DNA of 62,621 nucleotides, counting the filler, from Choristocarpus tenellus KU-1152 (Eukaryota > Protista > Phaeophyceae): NCBI GenBank assembly GCA_964200185.2. It is 11 parts of 11 records of this genome, joined end to end, with 100 filler letters (N's around TTAATTAATTAA, not from the genome) between each part and the next. Parts side by side here need not be neighbours in the genome. Positions count along the whole stretch, not along the records: positions 24,392 to 34,239 come from CAXNAD020003335.1; positions 34,340 to 39,458 come from CAXNAD020011811.1; 9 more parts are not named here. One strand, given 5' to 3'. This document shows positions 25,385 to 37,569 of this stretch, piece after piece (within the stretch, counting starts at the first letter, position 1; each line of letters starts with the position of its first letter). The translations under genes were made by a program, and so were the position numbers. The notes beneath the pieces were generated by a model that had not been told where the DNA came from, did not search any database, and saw only the letters and a list, made by a program, of their open reading frames with translations.

Positions 25385-26290
25385 CAGGTGATGAGTCTGG
25401 TAAAGAAGTTTCTGGAGGCCATCATGGGAGGACAGCCGACTCTCGAGAGTGACATACTACATGTGAAAGTGTCTCTGGTCATCCTTGTTATCTATGGTGT
25501 ACGGGTAGAGCTGGAGAAAGCAGTGCAAGTCTGCAGCACCTTCGAAGCTACTGCCCGGGATAGCTACAGGTGGGATACAAAAATGCTGTACACCAATGTT
25601 CAGGTGTGGTTATGACTGAATCGTTTTGGTAGATGGAGGAAGGATTATTGTTCGGTACTCTGAGGATGAGAATAGGCAGCCAAGTGGATTTAAATAGGAG
25701 CAGGTCCTGGCTACTTGTGTAGGCCCCAGAACAAGTATCCTTTATGTCATTCCAGAGAGTGAGTAGAGGATATTTGAAAGTAGGTGGTTTTGGAAGTCTT
25801 GGGCGTTGTGGAGGGGGAGCACAGAGCACAGGGGTCAGAGAGTTATCCAGAAGCAGAACCAAGTCCACGTACGTGCATGTATTACCTACCCATATTGGTG
25901 TGAGGCAGTCCTCTGATAGATGACACACGGGGTTTGTAAGAGACCCCTGACAAGTGTGTGTGTGTGGGTCCAGCTGGTGGTGGTTGGATATTGGAGAACA
26001 TGGAGGAAGCAGCATGTGTAGAGTTGGGTGTGTTCAAGGCTGCAGGAGTGCTATCTGCAATTTATGTGGACAATGGAGCTTACAACGATCCACTCAAGTG
26101 GTGTCGAGCAAGGAGCTCCAAATTTCGAATCCTGTCAAATTTGCCTAACCAAATTTGGCCATTCCAGGTACACCACCCGACTTAGAGCACATGTTCTCAA
26201 CAGCTGGGAACATTGTGAATTCCAAAAGGAATAGGCTGGACCCCAAAAATGTGCACCTTTTGATTGTGTTCTTAAAAAAAAGAGGATGAA
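25385..26290 (+). pseudogene. hAT transposase C-terminal relic (dimerisation domain)
   Basis: Across a frameshift: DPLKWCRARSSKFRILSNL.. / LAIPGTPPDLEHMFSTAGNIVNSKRNRLDPKNVHLLIVFLKK, matching DPLxWW...LAIPATS..ERxFSxAG...KRxRL. Confidence 0.8.
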
Positions 26291-26889
26291 GGTGGGGATA
26301 CGTGGGAGGCTGCAAAGAAAGGCGACCGAAACAATACCCTCTCAATACGGTAGTAGCAATATGCAGCCACAACATACACAAACTCATGATAAATGTGTAA
26401 CAATTGTAAAGCGTAACATACAGCATTCCGTATTCCTTAATGTTCTTCTCAACAAGTCGTAAATCCAGCTCTTTTGTCAAACATGAAAAAAATATTTAGG
26501 TAAGAAATCTCTCTCGGGCAACACATCATCAAGTATATCTAGTAGTATGGAAAGAGCATGCGAATACGAGAACCTCACAGAGAATCGCTGCCGGTGAAGC
26601 CCTTCACCAATTGGAAGGGAGGTTGCTTCTTGGGGTTCTTTATGCGTGGTTCAATCATAATTGAGTACATAGAAAAATTCCAGCTGATACAACTTGTACT
26701 CAAAAAACCCTTTGATTCAAAGCACTATAATATTGATTTTGCATAAGAATGAGGGGCCAATACTAAGAATACTGTAATTTGTATTCACCCTTGCGGTCAG
26801 CATATTCAGCAGTAAACACTACACATAAGGTATATATTTTATGCAGTATATATATTGAATAGAAATGTAACAGAGGGAGATAGTACTGG

Positions 26890-27055
26890 AATGATAGTTT
26901 TATTCTTCCTTGTAACACCTTCTTAGGAATGGCAAGCTTAGGGAATCTTGGCACAAAGGCAGAGCAACTTCTTGATGAGCTGGCAACTCACCACATGGTA
27001 GGTGGTAGGGTTGGGAGTCTTTGCAGCAAGGGCGTGACTGAAGTACGCTATTTCA
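26890..27055 (+). mobile_element. 3' relic of an RLE-type non-LTR retrotransposon
   Basis: MASLGNLGTKAEQLLDELATHHMVGG...KGVTEVR resembles the FAxESFGRLGxEA C-terminal motif; homologous to 29130-29243. Confidence 0.55.
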
Positions 27056-27705
27056 ATGACCACATGAAGTGAAATAAGTAAAAACACATACATCACTTTA
27101 GCATGTGTACATTTTTAGCTCTGTCATCAATTTTTGAATAGATGAGCACAGACCCCCAGCGATACCTCTCACCCTCCCTACCCAAACACAGCACAATCCA
27201 GCTACTTAGACACAGCACCACCCTGGGCCATTCCTCCTCATGCAGCTGGAGCACCGTCCATGCTAGCTGGTAGAGATATTTTCTGTCTTTTGTTTTCCAT
27301 GCAAAGACCACACAGCCAACTCACATGCTCTTTCCCCTGCTACTGCTAGAGCACCTTCAGTGCCCCTTTGTCCCTGCGACAGCCCCCACGAGTTTATCCA
27401 GGCAAATAACACCAACTGTTCTCATTTTTCTCGTGGGTGCTGGAGCACAGTGACTACGAACTCGCGGAGCTTGCCTTCCTCCCTACCCCCCGAAAGAGCC
27501 CCCAGCTCTTACCCACTCACATCATAGCGCAGTGCAGTACCCAGACCTTGTCATAGAGAGTTGGCAGTAGTTCATCATGGTTATTGTGAGTGTGACACAC
27601 AGGAGTACTTGATAGAACTAACACTGTACATCATCGCAGCAACATTCTCGTTTGGGTGCGTGTGATCTTTGGGACAGGAGTAATTCTGTTGACAAACCGT
27701 AATGA

Positions 27706-27966
27706 GAGTGAAATTATCTTAGAGGGTACGAGTTTTTCCCTGTTTGTCCATTTTGGGGCTTGGCTTCCCACGGGCTTTTTTTGTAACATTTTACCTACTT
27801 TTTAATGTTTCGGAGTAGGTAAGATGCACACATTATGAGAAGGTGTATTCGGAACAAGGATATTGACACCCCTAACAAACACGATAGCCAAAATTACGTC
27901 AAAATCGCAACATTGGATTCTGGTCCCAAAATTGATGCGGCTCTACCCTCTGAAATACTTTGACTC
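27706..27966 (+). mobile_element. MITE family A (Sola2-like), TSD ATGA/TTGA
   Basis: Both TIRs present; TSD has one mismatch. Confidence 0.9.
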
Positions 27967-28365
27967 TTGAAGTGACTGCAAGTTGAGGTACAGGGACCAA
28001 GGACAGAAGAGGATATTGTTACAAGAGTTACCCAGAGAAGAGAGAAGGTGAATCTTTACCTCACGTTAGTCTTAGGCAAAGATGCATACGGACACAGAAA
28101 CACATGCAGAGCGCTGTCCACACCCCATATTGGCCTATCGGATCTCGCAACTCCAACTACTAATGCTTCCACGCGTCGGAAGGTTCGATGAAGGGAGGCC
28201 CTTGTCCTCATGCGCCTACACAAATCTTCAACAATACCTTCGCGCTGTCCATTTTGAGTGGCAGGAAGCAGGTTGCAAAGGCAGTTTTGGCTGGGATGCC
28301 CTTACTAACAATTTCATGTCGTGAGTGACCTCGCCACTCTGGGAACAATGTGTAGAAACACAAGT

Positions 28366-28626
28366 TAGTGAAAGTATCTTAGAGGGTACGGGTTTTTCCC
28401 TGTTTGTTCATTATTTGGGGCTTGGCTTCCCATTGGTTTTTTATGACATTTTCCTACTCCGAAATGTTTCGGAGTAGGTAAAATATATACGTTATGAAGA
28501 GGTGTGTCTGGAACAAGGATATTCACACTTCCTAACAAACGCGATAGCCAAAATTACATCAAAATCGCAACATTGGATTTTGGCCCCCAAATGGACACGG
28601 CCCTACCCTCTAAGATACTTCGGCTC
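28366..28626 (+). mobile_element. MITE family A (Sola2-like), TSD AAGT
   Basis: TAGTGAAAGTATCTTAGAGGG ... AGATACTTCGGCTC; AAGT on both flanks. Confidence 0.92.
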
Positions 28627-29129
28627 AAGTGCAAACAGTGCCAGACTGCTAACAAAAACCAGTTGCTGAGGATACCGAGGACAAATCAAGCAGAATATCC
28701 CAAGACACACTCCTCTGCCCTGCGTATGACGTTGGGTGCAAGGAAGGACTAGGGTACAGTTCATCAGAACAAAGAGGATTAATAGTAGTATTAATAGGTT
28801 GCCAACTTACACGAACTGTTGTGATGCCAAATAGAGGACATGAGGAAGCACCTATCAACTAATAGTACCACTTCTCCTAGTGTTGTTGGACTCTTTCCCT
28901 AATGCACCTGCAAAATGTTGAAGCACGTAATGTATACCACTACTGCTCTCCACCACGCAAACTAGACAATTACTCAAGTATGAGATATATTACGTATATA
29001 TATTATTATGCCCTCTAATATTTTGTTCATGACCAAAAACAAAAGCAGAGCCAATATCATACATCGTAGTATATGGTTGTACCATCCCTTTAACTGAGGT
29101 GTGTTTTTGAACATTGATGATCCCCTACA

Positions 29130-29243
29130 TATTTACCTCAACACCTTCTTCGCAGTGGAAGTTTTGGGCGCCTTGGCAAGAAAGCAGAAAGTTTTCGGAA
29201 TGAGTTGGCTACGCATGAGGTAGGGGGGAGAGGGGTGGGAGGT
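29130..29243 (+). mobile_element. 3' relic of an RLE-type non-LTR retrotransposon
   Basis: FAVE/SFGRLGKKAESFRNELATHEVGGRG across a frameshift. Confidence 0.55.
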
Positions 29244-29245
29244 TA

Positions 29246-29330
29246 CAGGAGGAAAGAACCTGTCAAATCCCGTTTACGCCAGATATTGTCTGTCACAGCA
29301 CAAGCGCCTCTATCAAAACGTGCCATGTAT
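29246..29330 (+). repeat. Dispersed repeat family D (TA-flanked terminus)
   Basis: AGGAAAG...CTGTCAAATCCCGTTTACGCCAGATA is homologous to the reverse complements of 36300-36434 and 54205-54340. Confidence 0.65.
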
Positions 29331-30203
29331 TTTTAGTTGGAGAGTGAGTGATAAACATCCATCATGTTGGTTCGTTTGAGGGAAGCATAAAAAGGAATAT
29401 ATTGTTATTGTCAAACAATATTTGTGAATGTGGTGTTTCGGGGTATTGGGATATTGGAATCCTCCAATAAGGTTCAAAGCAGACATTTGTTTTGCCCGAC
29501 CAATCAATCAAATCTCGAAGTTGTTTACAATATCCAACAAATAACTCCTATACAAACGAAACGAATTTCCCCCTTGAAATACTTGTATTCCTAGGGTCGT
29601 TTACACTTCAAACAGAGTGGGTACCAGCGTAACTCTGGAGTGCCATAGGGAGGCCTCTAGGCAAGTTGAATAAATCGTGCGCAGTGGTGTTCGAGGGTTA
29701 GTTCTTACTGTGGTGCTTTCTTTGCATATCCTGCCTGAGGTACAAATACATTTTTGAATCCATACAACTGAACAGACCTTAGGGAGGCATGTATTCTGCC
29801 GCCTCCGCTCCTGTGTCCCCTTCCCGGGGTTTACCAAATGGCTCAAATGGAAGCTTGAGCAGGGAGCCCTACAGTGAACGAGATGGGGTGAGTCATTCAA
29901 GGCGTTTCCTTTCCACATGCATGGGAAGAAGCGATAATATTTTTGAACATACCTAAACACCTCTTTGCCAACTACATTCAGTCTCTTTTGCATGCCTTCG
30001 ATGAACCCCTACCTCTAATATTCGTGGCCAACCTTAAAAGGGAATACTTCTTAATGAACGTTGCACAACTTCCAACCGATTCGTCCCTCCCCGATTCAGC
30101 ACACCTCTTCAAACTAGTCCTCCTGCCACATACAACTGCAACATGGAAGTAGAACCAGTTCTCACCAATTTGTCTTGACTCCCATGATGTCGATATTCAG
30201 CGG

Positions 30204-31753
30204 ATGAGCCCGAGCATGTCCGAGTCTGATTCAGATGATGGCTCTCTCTCTTCAGTACCTCATGGTGCAGGATCCCCCCCAACACCAGAATTAAGCGAGA
30301 TGAGCACTTTGCCCAGGCCACGAAAGAGGAATCCGGTAGGTCAGATGTCTTCGCAGTTGTGCGATATCTGCACAAACCTATGTCCTTATGACGTGATCGT
30401 GCCGTGTTCGACTCGCGCGTATGTGTGATACGTTAGGATGAGACTAGAGCCCAATGAGGGCCTTTTTGCAGTGATAGCCTATACAACACGGGTTGTGGTG
30501 GAACATTCACCAGTGTGAGATATTCCTGGAGAAGATCAACATAGATAGGCGATGCATTGCCCGTAACCCTACTCAGCATCCATTTTTACCCCTTCTTCCC
30601 CTTCTCACCTCCCCCACCCCCACCCTTGACTGCTACGACTCTCTCCCTCCCTCCCCATCCTCACCATTCCTGTCCTACTCGTCCCCTTCTCCACAAAATC
30701 CAATCCTTGTCCATTTTCAATCCTGATTATGGCTATGACCAAAACCAATAGTTTCGTAGGCGTTCGAGCAAGCACAAACTGGGTAATGATTCTGATGCCA
30801 CCCTAACCACGGGGAGACGTGGACTTTTCGGCCGCAAACGCTCTACCCGAGTGACTTCCCGCCACAGCACTGGGCACAGTGTAGGTAGGAGTAAGCAGCG
30901 GGTAGTGACTGGGACCGAGGCCAGCAGTGGAGCTGGTTTTGGGAAAGAAGATCCAACGGCAGCAAACCTGGGTGGGGTATCCAAGTCAGATTCTGAATTC
31001 CAGCCTCGCCTTTTAAGTTCAATGAGACTAGATGATTCTTCATCAGGAAGGTTGTTAGATGGGGCATCTGGGGAGAATCAAAAGAGGAGCACCAGGTTGG
31101 AATTGGATGCGCTGTACCCCGCACCACAACCCCTTCACCGTATTCGCAGGAGTGGCTTGAATGGGCCGGGTCTGTCACAGGACCCCGAGTTCTTCCCACC
31201 TATTCCCTTGTACTCTGCAGAGGATGAGGAGCAGACAGAGCCTTCCAGTAAGCGTGGTGAGCGTACAACTTTTTCTTGTTCTGACCCTATTAATACGTCC
31301 CTCTATTGTCATCACATATTTGAACTGTTCTCTGATAGTCTTGCAGTGTTGTGAGATTGTACATAGATTTCGATTTGGTAGAAGATGATCAATTATTTAA
31401 AGTCCTGCAGTTATATACATACATACATATATATTTATTTTTTTGAATTGGTTATTTTCTCACGCATATGTGCACTCCATACTTTACGTGCATCTTGACT
31501 TTTTCTTGTGGTGCCCACCTCTTTGATTTCTTATCAAGTAGATGTGGAGTTTTTGGAGACAATTTCATTTCTGTCCTCGCCGTACCTTTTGACTGCGATT
31601 GCCGTTATATTGCTCTCTCCTCAGCTCTGTTGTTTCTTCCCAATCTGTACTACATATCCATATATCTGTAATGGGACTGCAGATGTCACCACCTATTGCG
31701 TGGCTGTAGGAAACGGACTTGAAAGGAACAAACCCACTTTTACATTGTTCTGA
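30204..31753 (+). CDS. Hypothetical S/R-rich protein with a C-terminal hydrophobic, Cys-containing segment
   Basis: Phase-consistent exons 30204-30335, 30752-31256 and 31542-31753 (stop TGA), ~280 aa. Confidence 0.6.
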
Positions 31754-33404
31754 CAATGCAAATGTGAGATGGTTGAAAATAATTTCTACTCTGTCGGTTA
31801 CTGTGACCGTGGATAAAAGAGAGAGAATGTTGATGCCCCCTGTAGCACTGTGGTCAAGAGCGGTCTGTCTGACTAAGACCTATTTTTCGACTGGAGGGAT
31901 AATATTTTTTGGTGTGCGTTTGGTTATGTGTTTTGTGAGGTCTTGCTCATTGAGGGTTCGTTACGACCTACACTCTTTTGTACATTTTTGATATTGATTT
32001 GATTTATTTTTCATGTTTGTGTGCTTTGCTGCACCTCTGTTCTGTTCTCCCCCCCGCCCCCTGCCCCCCCCCCAAAAAATAAATAAATATATATATATAG
32101 GCGGAGGAGTTTTTAAGACGACTTCTGTACTCTAGACTTTTGTGGTAAACATTCCTGTGATTGTATTGTAATTCTTTTTCCCACTTCTTGTGACTCTAGT
32201 GTTCAGTCGATTAGAAAAAATGCAATCGATTTTTTTTTACGTCTTTTTTTCTGTTGATCACTATTTTTTTTGTTGCACTTACTGCTTTCAAGGCACACTA
32301 TACCTCACCTCTATTGCACTCGAGAAATGTGCCACCTTGAATGGATGCCTTGCTTCTTGGGTGTTTAGCTATGAGCTGAACTAATGGATAGGAGGGGTGA
32401 CAGGGAGCTTTTACGCTATTTTAACGGCCCCTCCGACATTCTAGTGGCACGTTTTCTCTGAGCACGCACGTTCTGTAGTTGTGGAGTGCATTTTGACTTG
32501 GCTCTGCAGAAGCAAACTGTCCTTATCAGTGCCTTGTTTTTAATATCTTGAGCTTCTTAAACGTTGAAAGACCTGCTGCAAATCAAAACAGCCGAAGCAC
32601 TCCCCACACTCCCTGTTATTTCTGACTCTTAACCACCCCACCAAATGTTAACCTCCTCCCCCTATCCTGTCTGTTGAATCAGCTTCTGCATAGTCTCACG
32701 AAAATGATGCTTCTGCAAATATCTGTATCTGTATCTATGTATGCATTGTCCTGTTATATAGGGGTCCGTTCCAAGTAAAATTGGGACTGAGACCTGGTTT
32801 TTTGTGTTCGTTGTCATGTGGAAGAGCCCTCTCTATATAGCTCCCGTTGACAGGAGATTGTTCCTAGATAAGAAAATGTTCCGCTGACTGAGTTTTAAGA
32901 AACCCAGACGCTTGATGATGGAACCGCTGGAGTTTCCTGTTGCTGTTGATAGGCCATGGTTGAAGGAAGGCTGTACACGACGATACGTAAATTTTTTGAC
33001 AGGCAGAAGTCACGACGATACGTAAATTAAAAAAAAATATTTTGTAGCTTGAAGTATGTGTACGTACGTATGTTGGAATATCTTCCAGAGCTCCCTGACT
33101 GGTTTTTCGTATGGATTAATTAATTAATTAAATACCTTGATTAAAAAACAACAAAGAAATGTTTTTTTTGGTGTTCTGACCTCAGTCAAGCACTCTTTTT
33201 TTTTTGTTTTTGTGTGTATGCCTCTCTTCCATTCGCTAAACATTCCTTTTCTTCTCGGGTGTGCGTGTGAGGAATACATTTTTTTTTTTCTCCTTGTGTG
33301 TTGGTTTGTGTGTGTGTGTTTTTTTTTTTTGGAGATGTTATGTACAGAGAGGGGTGCAGACACTCTCTGTAATCCCTCATGACAGACAACCAAATACATA
33401 TATT

Positions 33405-33441
33405 GTATGTATATATATATGTATATGTATATGTATATGTG

Positions 33442-33489
<48 letters not shown>

Positions 33490-33500
33490 CATGTATATGT
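33405..33500. repeat. (GTATAT)n microsatellite
   Basis: Directly visible. Confidence 0.9.
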
Positions 33501-34339
33501 ACGGAGATGGCCACGAGCACAAAACGTTTTTGAGCTGATGAGTTCATTAAAAAGGGTATTGGTTCCTACACACCCACCTATCCAACATATTGTAGGGGCA
33601 CACTTGTCTTGTTACCTTGTGCCGTGTACTGCATGAGACGCTAGGGACTGGGTGTACATACACAACACCTGTCCTCCCTGAGGTTTCTTGACACCTATAG
33701 GAATCTATAATACAATATACATATATATATATATATATATGATAATATACTTACAGTGCAATTCGTAAATACATACACTGTTCATAATGGAGCACGATTT
33801 TCCATCCTTGTTGTTTCAAATGTTACTATAATGCAGAGTTATGTTTTTAAATAGAGTGCTGTTACGCTTACCTCGTCAATAGATTTCAACGTATCGTTTT
33901 TTTGTTGTTGCATATGCTGTACTTGTGTAGAGTGCGATTCGATACAAAAAGAAGAAGCATAATCTGACTGATGATGTTGAAAGAATAAGCTAAGAATTTT
34001 TAACAGATTAATAAAAAAACGATAGCTTTATTGTGTACAACGGTTTCTTTGATATATATATTTTTCTAAATTCATTTTTTGTTGGTTGTGTCCTTCCTTG
34101 CAGGTAGTGTTCGATACGGAGACTACATCAGGCTTTGGGGTTACAGCACATACGCCGAGAAAGTGAGTAGTGGGATCAACAATTGGAGGCTGTCTTAAAG
34201 AAGGCTTGTGCGCGGCGGGCATGTGTGTGTAAAGGGGGGNNNNNNNNNNNNNNNNNNNNNNNNNNNNNNNNNNNNNNNNNNNNTTAATTAATTAANNNNN
34301 NNNNNNNNNNNNNNNNNNNNNNNNNNNNNNNNNNNNNNN

Positions 34340-35508
34340 CCTGCCCCTGACAAGATTTCTGAGTTGCCCTTGCCCGTGTGGGGGGTGGCACCGTCTTCCT
34401 GAACGACAACGTGCTTCCCTTTCAACCAAGGCATCCTGGTCTTGATTGCAGGCAGTAATTCCTCCGTGTACCACTTCCTCTACCACATGTGGTCTAAAGT
34501 ACAGTCCTGCTCTTACACATCCCCCTTTTCATGGTTGTTACTTGTCCTGTCTGCGGTTTTTGGCGCACACACACACCAAACACCAAGCTTTCCATCAAAG
34601 CTGTGAGCTGAATCTGGGCGGGCATTGGCTGCAATGATCAAGGTTTGGGGGATATGACTCTTGTGCTGCACAGTAGGGGACCCTGGAAGGTCGCTATCAT
34701 CCTCATGCGGAAATACCCTAACCCTTTCCCCATCGGCAATCACATAAAACCAGGTTTCATCCACATGGAGGTGTACACACCACTTTTCCGGTCCACTTGA
34801 TTGCAAACGAAGTCCATTCTCCATACTTTTTGCCACGATTTATGCTTGGGTTTGATCCAGCGGCGATTTGGCATGGCCCCCATATCATCCAACCACCTGT
34901 TTATGGTGCTCGTGCTACAATTCAGCCCCTTGGCGGCCATCTTCATTGTCGCCTGATGCACTGTGGATGACCGATTATCGGAGTTGATACTATGTATTGC
35001 AGCCATCTTGGTCGGTGTGAGCTCCGAAGGCCGCCCACGACGTGCCGCCACCCCTGGGCCAAGCGTGTGGCCACGGGTGAGCTGATCAGTGACGTCCTCC
35101 CAGAGCCCTTGCATGTAACGCTCGGACACTCCAAACTCTGCTGCAATGGCCGGCCCAACGTGTCACTGCAGTTTATGCCCACCAGGGACCCATTGTGAGG
35201 GCGTGCCGCACTGCAAGCGCAACCCTGGTATTCAGGGACACTTGGGCACCCTTCCTATTCAGGGGGGTCGATGGGGGGGTTGCCATGCTGATGTTCTGAC
35301 CCTCGACGTGCCCAGTTCTGGCCTCAAAATCACCCGAAAAGACCCCTACTTTGACGGCTTGAGCACATCGAGTTTGTACCTGATGATCCTCGACCTCCAC
35401 CTTTTCTGAAAGTTGAGATAGTCAATCCGTTTTTATTCTTGGGGTTATCGTCCGATTCGCTCGGCGAAGTCAGTTATTTCGTGGCACAAACTTATGGGAC
35501 AGAGGTAG
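34340..35508 (-). mobile_element. Plant-type mariner (DD39D / Stowaway-related) transposase pseudogene, 5' part
   Basis: Motifs HVDETWFY, QHKSHIPQTLIIAANARP, FDGKLGVW and VVVQEDGATPH, with stops and frameshifts. Terminus TA|CTACCTCTGTCCCATAAG resembles the Stowaway CTCCCTCCGTCCC. Cut by the contig start before the third Asp. Confidence 0.88.
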
Positions 35509-36299
35509 TATATTTTTTCAAGTGACCACTCTTGTGCTAAAACTTTTTGTATCCTAAATTTTGGTCTTTTCCCTCACCTGACACATCTGCAACATGTTAG
35601 AAGGCATGAAAATATACCCATTCCGGAAGGAGTCGACCAATTATGAGACCAGTGCCCAGTAAACCCTCCCAATGATGACATATTAATGTAATATTTATAG
35701 TACGATTTGAGTGGTACAGGAAGGAATACATGTATTAATTTTTACCTCGTAGACCAGTCCCCAAGACGGCATCACAAAAATTGCTATCCCTATATGCAAA
35801 ATTTCTTTCAATATTCACGGTAAAAGCACCACATCTTACTGCTCTACAGATGTCCGATGTATGTCTTGTCCCTCTTGTGACGTATTTTGTTTACATACTG
35901 GATTGACTTTCCCCTAACACACATGCAAAATGTCCGTGGGTATCACAAGAACATCCCTGTAAAAGTAACAGTTGTCGTAAATGTGGAAGATATCTCTCGA
36001 AAAATTATTTACCATTTGACTACCAGCTATGCTACACCACTCCATTTAACAGCAGATTTCAAAATTTGAGGATGAAGCTTTTCATTGAGAATGGGCTTGA
36101 CCCAAAATNNNNNNNNNNTGAAAGTTTTCATTGAAAATATTCTTTACCAAAAATTGACTGGGAGAAAGTATCGATATGTTTTTTTTTTGAAATGACATAA
36201 TAGTTCCATCCTCAATTTTTGAAATCTGCTGTTATTTTATGTCTCCAACCTAGCTTAGCCCTTACACCAGAGGGTGAGGAGCTAGGAAAGCATCTCAAG

Positions 36300-36434
36300 A
36301 ACCTGACAGGCCCCTCCTTGCCCATCTCCCTGGTGTCTCCAGCGTCGAACGCATGACACGCCTTGATAGAGCCACTTGTGTTGTGACAAACACTATCTGT
36401 CGCAAACGGGACTTGACAGCTCCTTTCCTGCATA
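36300..36434 (-). repeat. Dispersed repeat family D
   Basis: Aligns with 54205-54340 over ~130 bp. Confidence 0.7.
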
Positions 36435-37569
36435 TATTATTATGTCCTCTGACATTATGCGTATATATCACGGAATAACCGAAGCCAAAACATTATCACA
36501 ACGACTACGATAAATACGACAGTTGCCATCCATTCTACGACGTCCCTAAAATTTGTACTATTCAATAACTGAAAAATGCAACAATGTACCTTTGAAGATT
36601 GTTCCATTAAGTAAAGTGTAAACTCCAATATTTCTAACCTGAGTTAGCCCTTGAAATTTCGGTAAACTACTGACCTACCGAGAATTAGGCAGTGTTGCCT
36701 TCTGGTGTTGACTTCTACTGAATACTTCTTTGTAGCTCGGGGGTTTCATAAATTTTCATGAGGCCATACAAAGGTGACATACATATCTGGAAATGTTGGT
36801 CAACCAATTAGATATATAATGGACTACAATGTAGTACATTTTCACCATCATTCAACATATTTTCTATGCAAAATAGTATATATTTTTTTGTGGGGGGAGG
36901 AAAGATGGAATTTTTTCCACATTGGATTGGGGTCCCTATTTTTTAAAGCCCTTTCAAAGTTTTTTTAAACACTAATAAATATTCTAATTATTTTTAAACT
37001 TCAAAATTCTGTCCAATAGGGGACTTAGTTCTTTTTTCTTCTTGTGTGATTCTTAGGGAGTTTGTTGCTCCTCTGTTTTGGGATTTTTAGGTTTGAGTAG
37101 CCCTACCTTCTTTACTGTAAACAAACATCATTATAATATATATTATCTATCAGGTTTCTTAGGAAGCAGCACAAGAATGGACAAGGATTGAACTTTGAGT
37201 ACATCAAACAGTTTGCTGTTGTATTTCAAACAGTCAACGAGCCCAGAATGTACCATGGGCGGACTTACAAATGTCTGACGCATGCATACTTATGCGAAGG
37301 AACTTTCTTAACAAAAAAAATAGGATATCTAAAACAACTCGTGTTGTATGTATATCCACACACACGATAACAAGACACCACTTCCTCACCTTTCGTCAGT
37401 TGTAGTATAGCAGTAATAGTATAGGTCCTCCAGTGGCAATACGGGTTTCCGCTGGTGGCAGTTGACCTCCACAGACAGTACAGTCATAGTGCGTGCCGTT
37501 TTTTCTCGACTGCATTGCTGGCTGGGGTTCTCAACAGAGTCTCCTTAACACCATCCCGCCAGTTTGGAG

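Noticed and set aside
32976-33028. 18-bp direct repeat CACGACGATACGTAAATT
   Set aside because: A single local duplication with no supporting structure.
33116-33131. TTAATTAATTAATTAA as another assembly spacer
   Set aside because: No flanking N runs; a simple (TTAA)4 tract.
33124-33636. YI/CI/YV-repeat ORFs
   Set aside because: Microsatellite translations.
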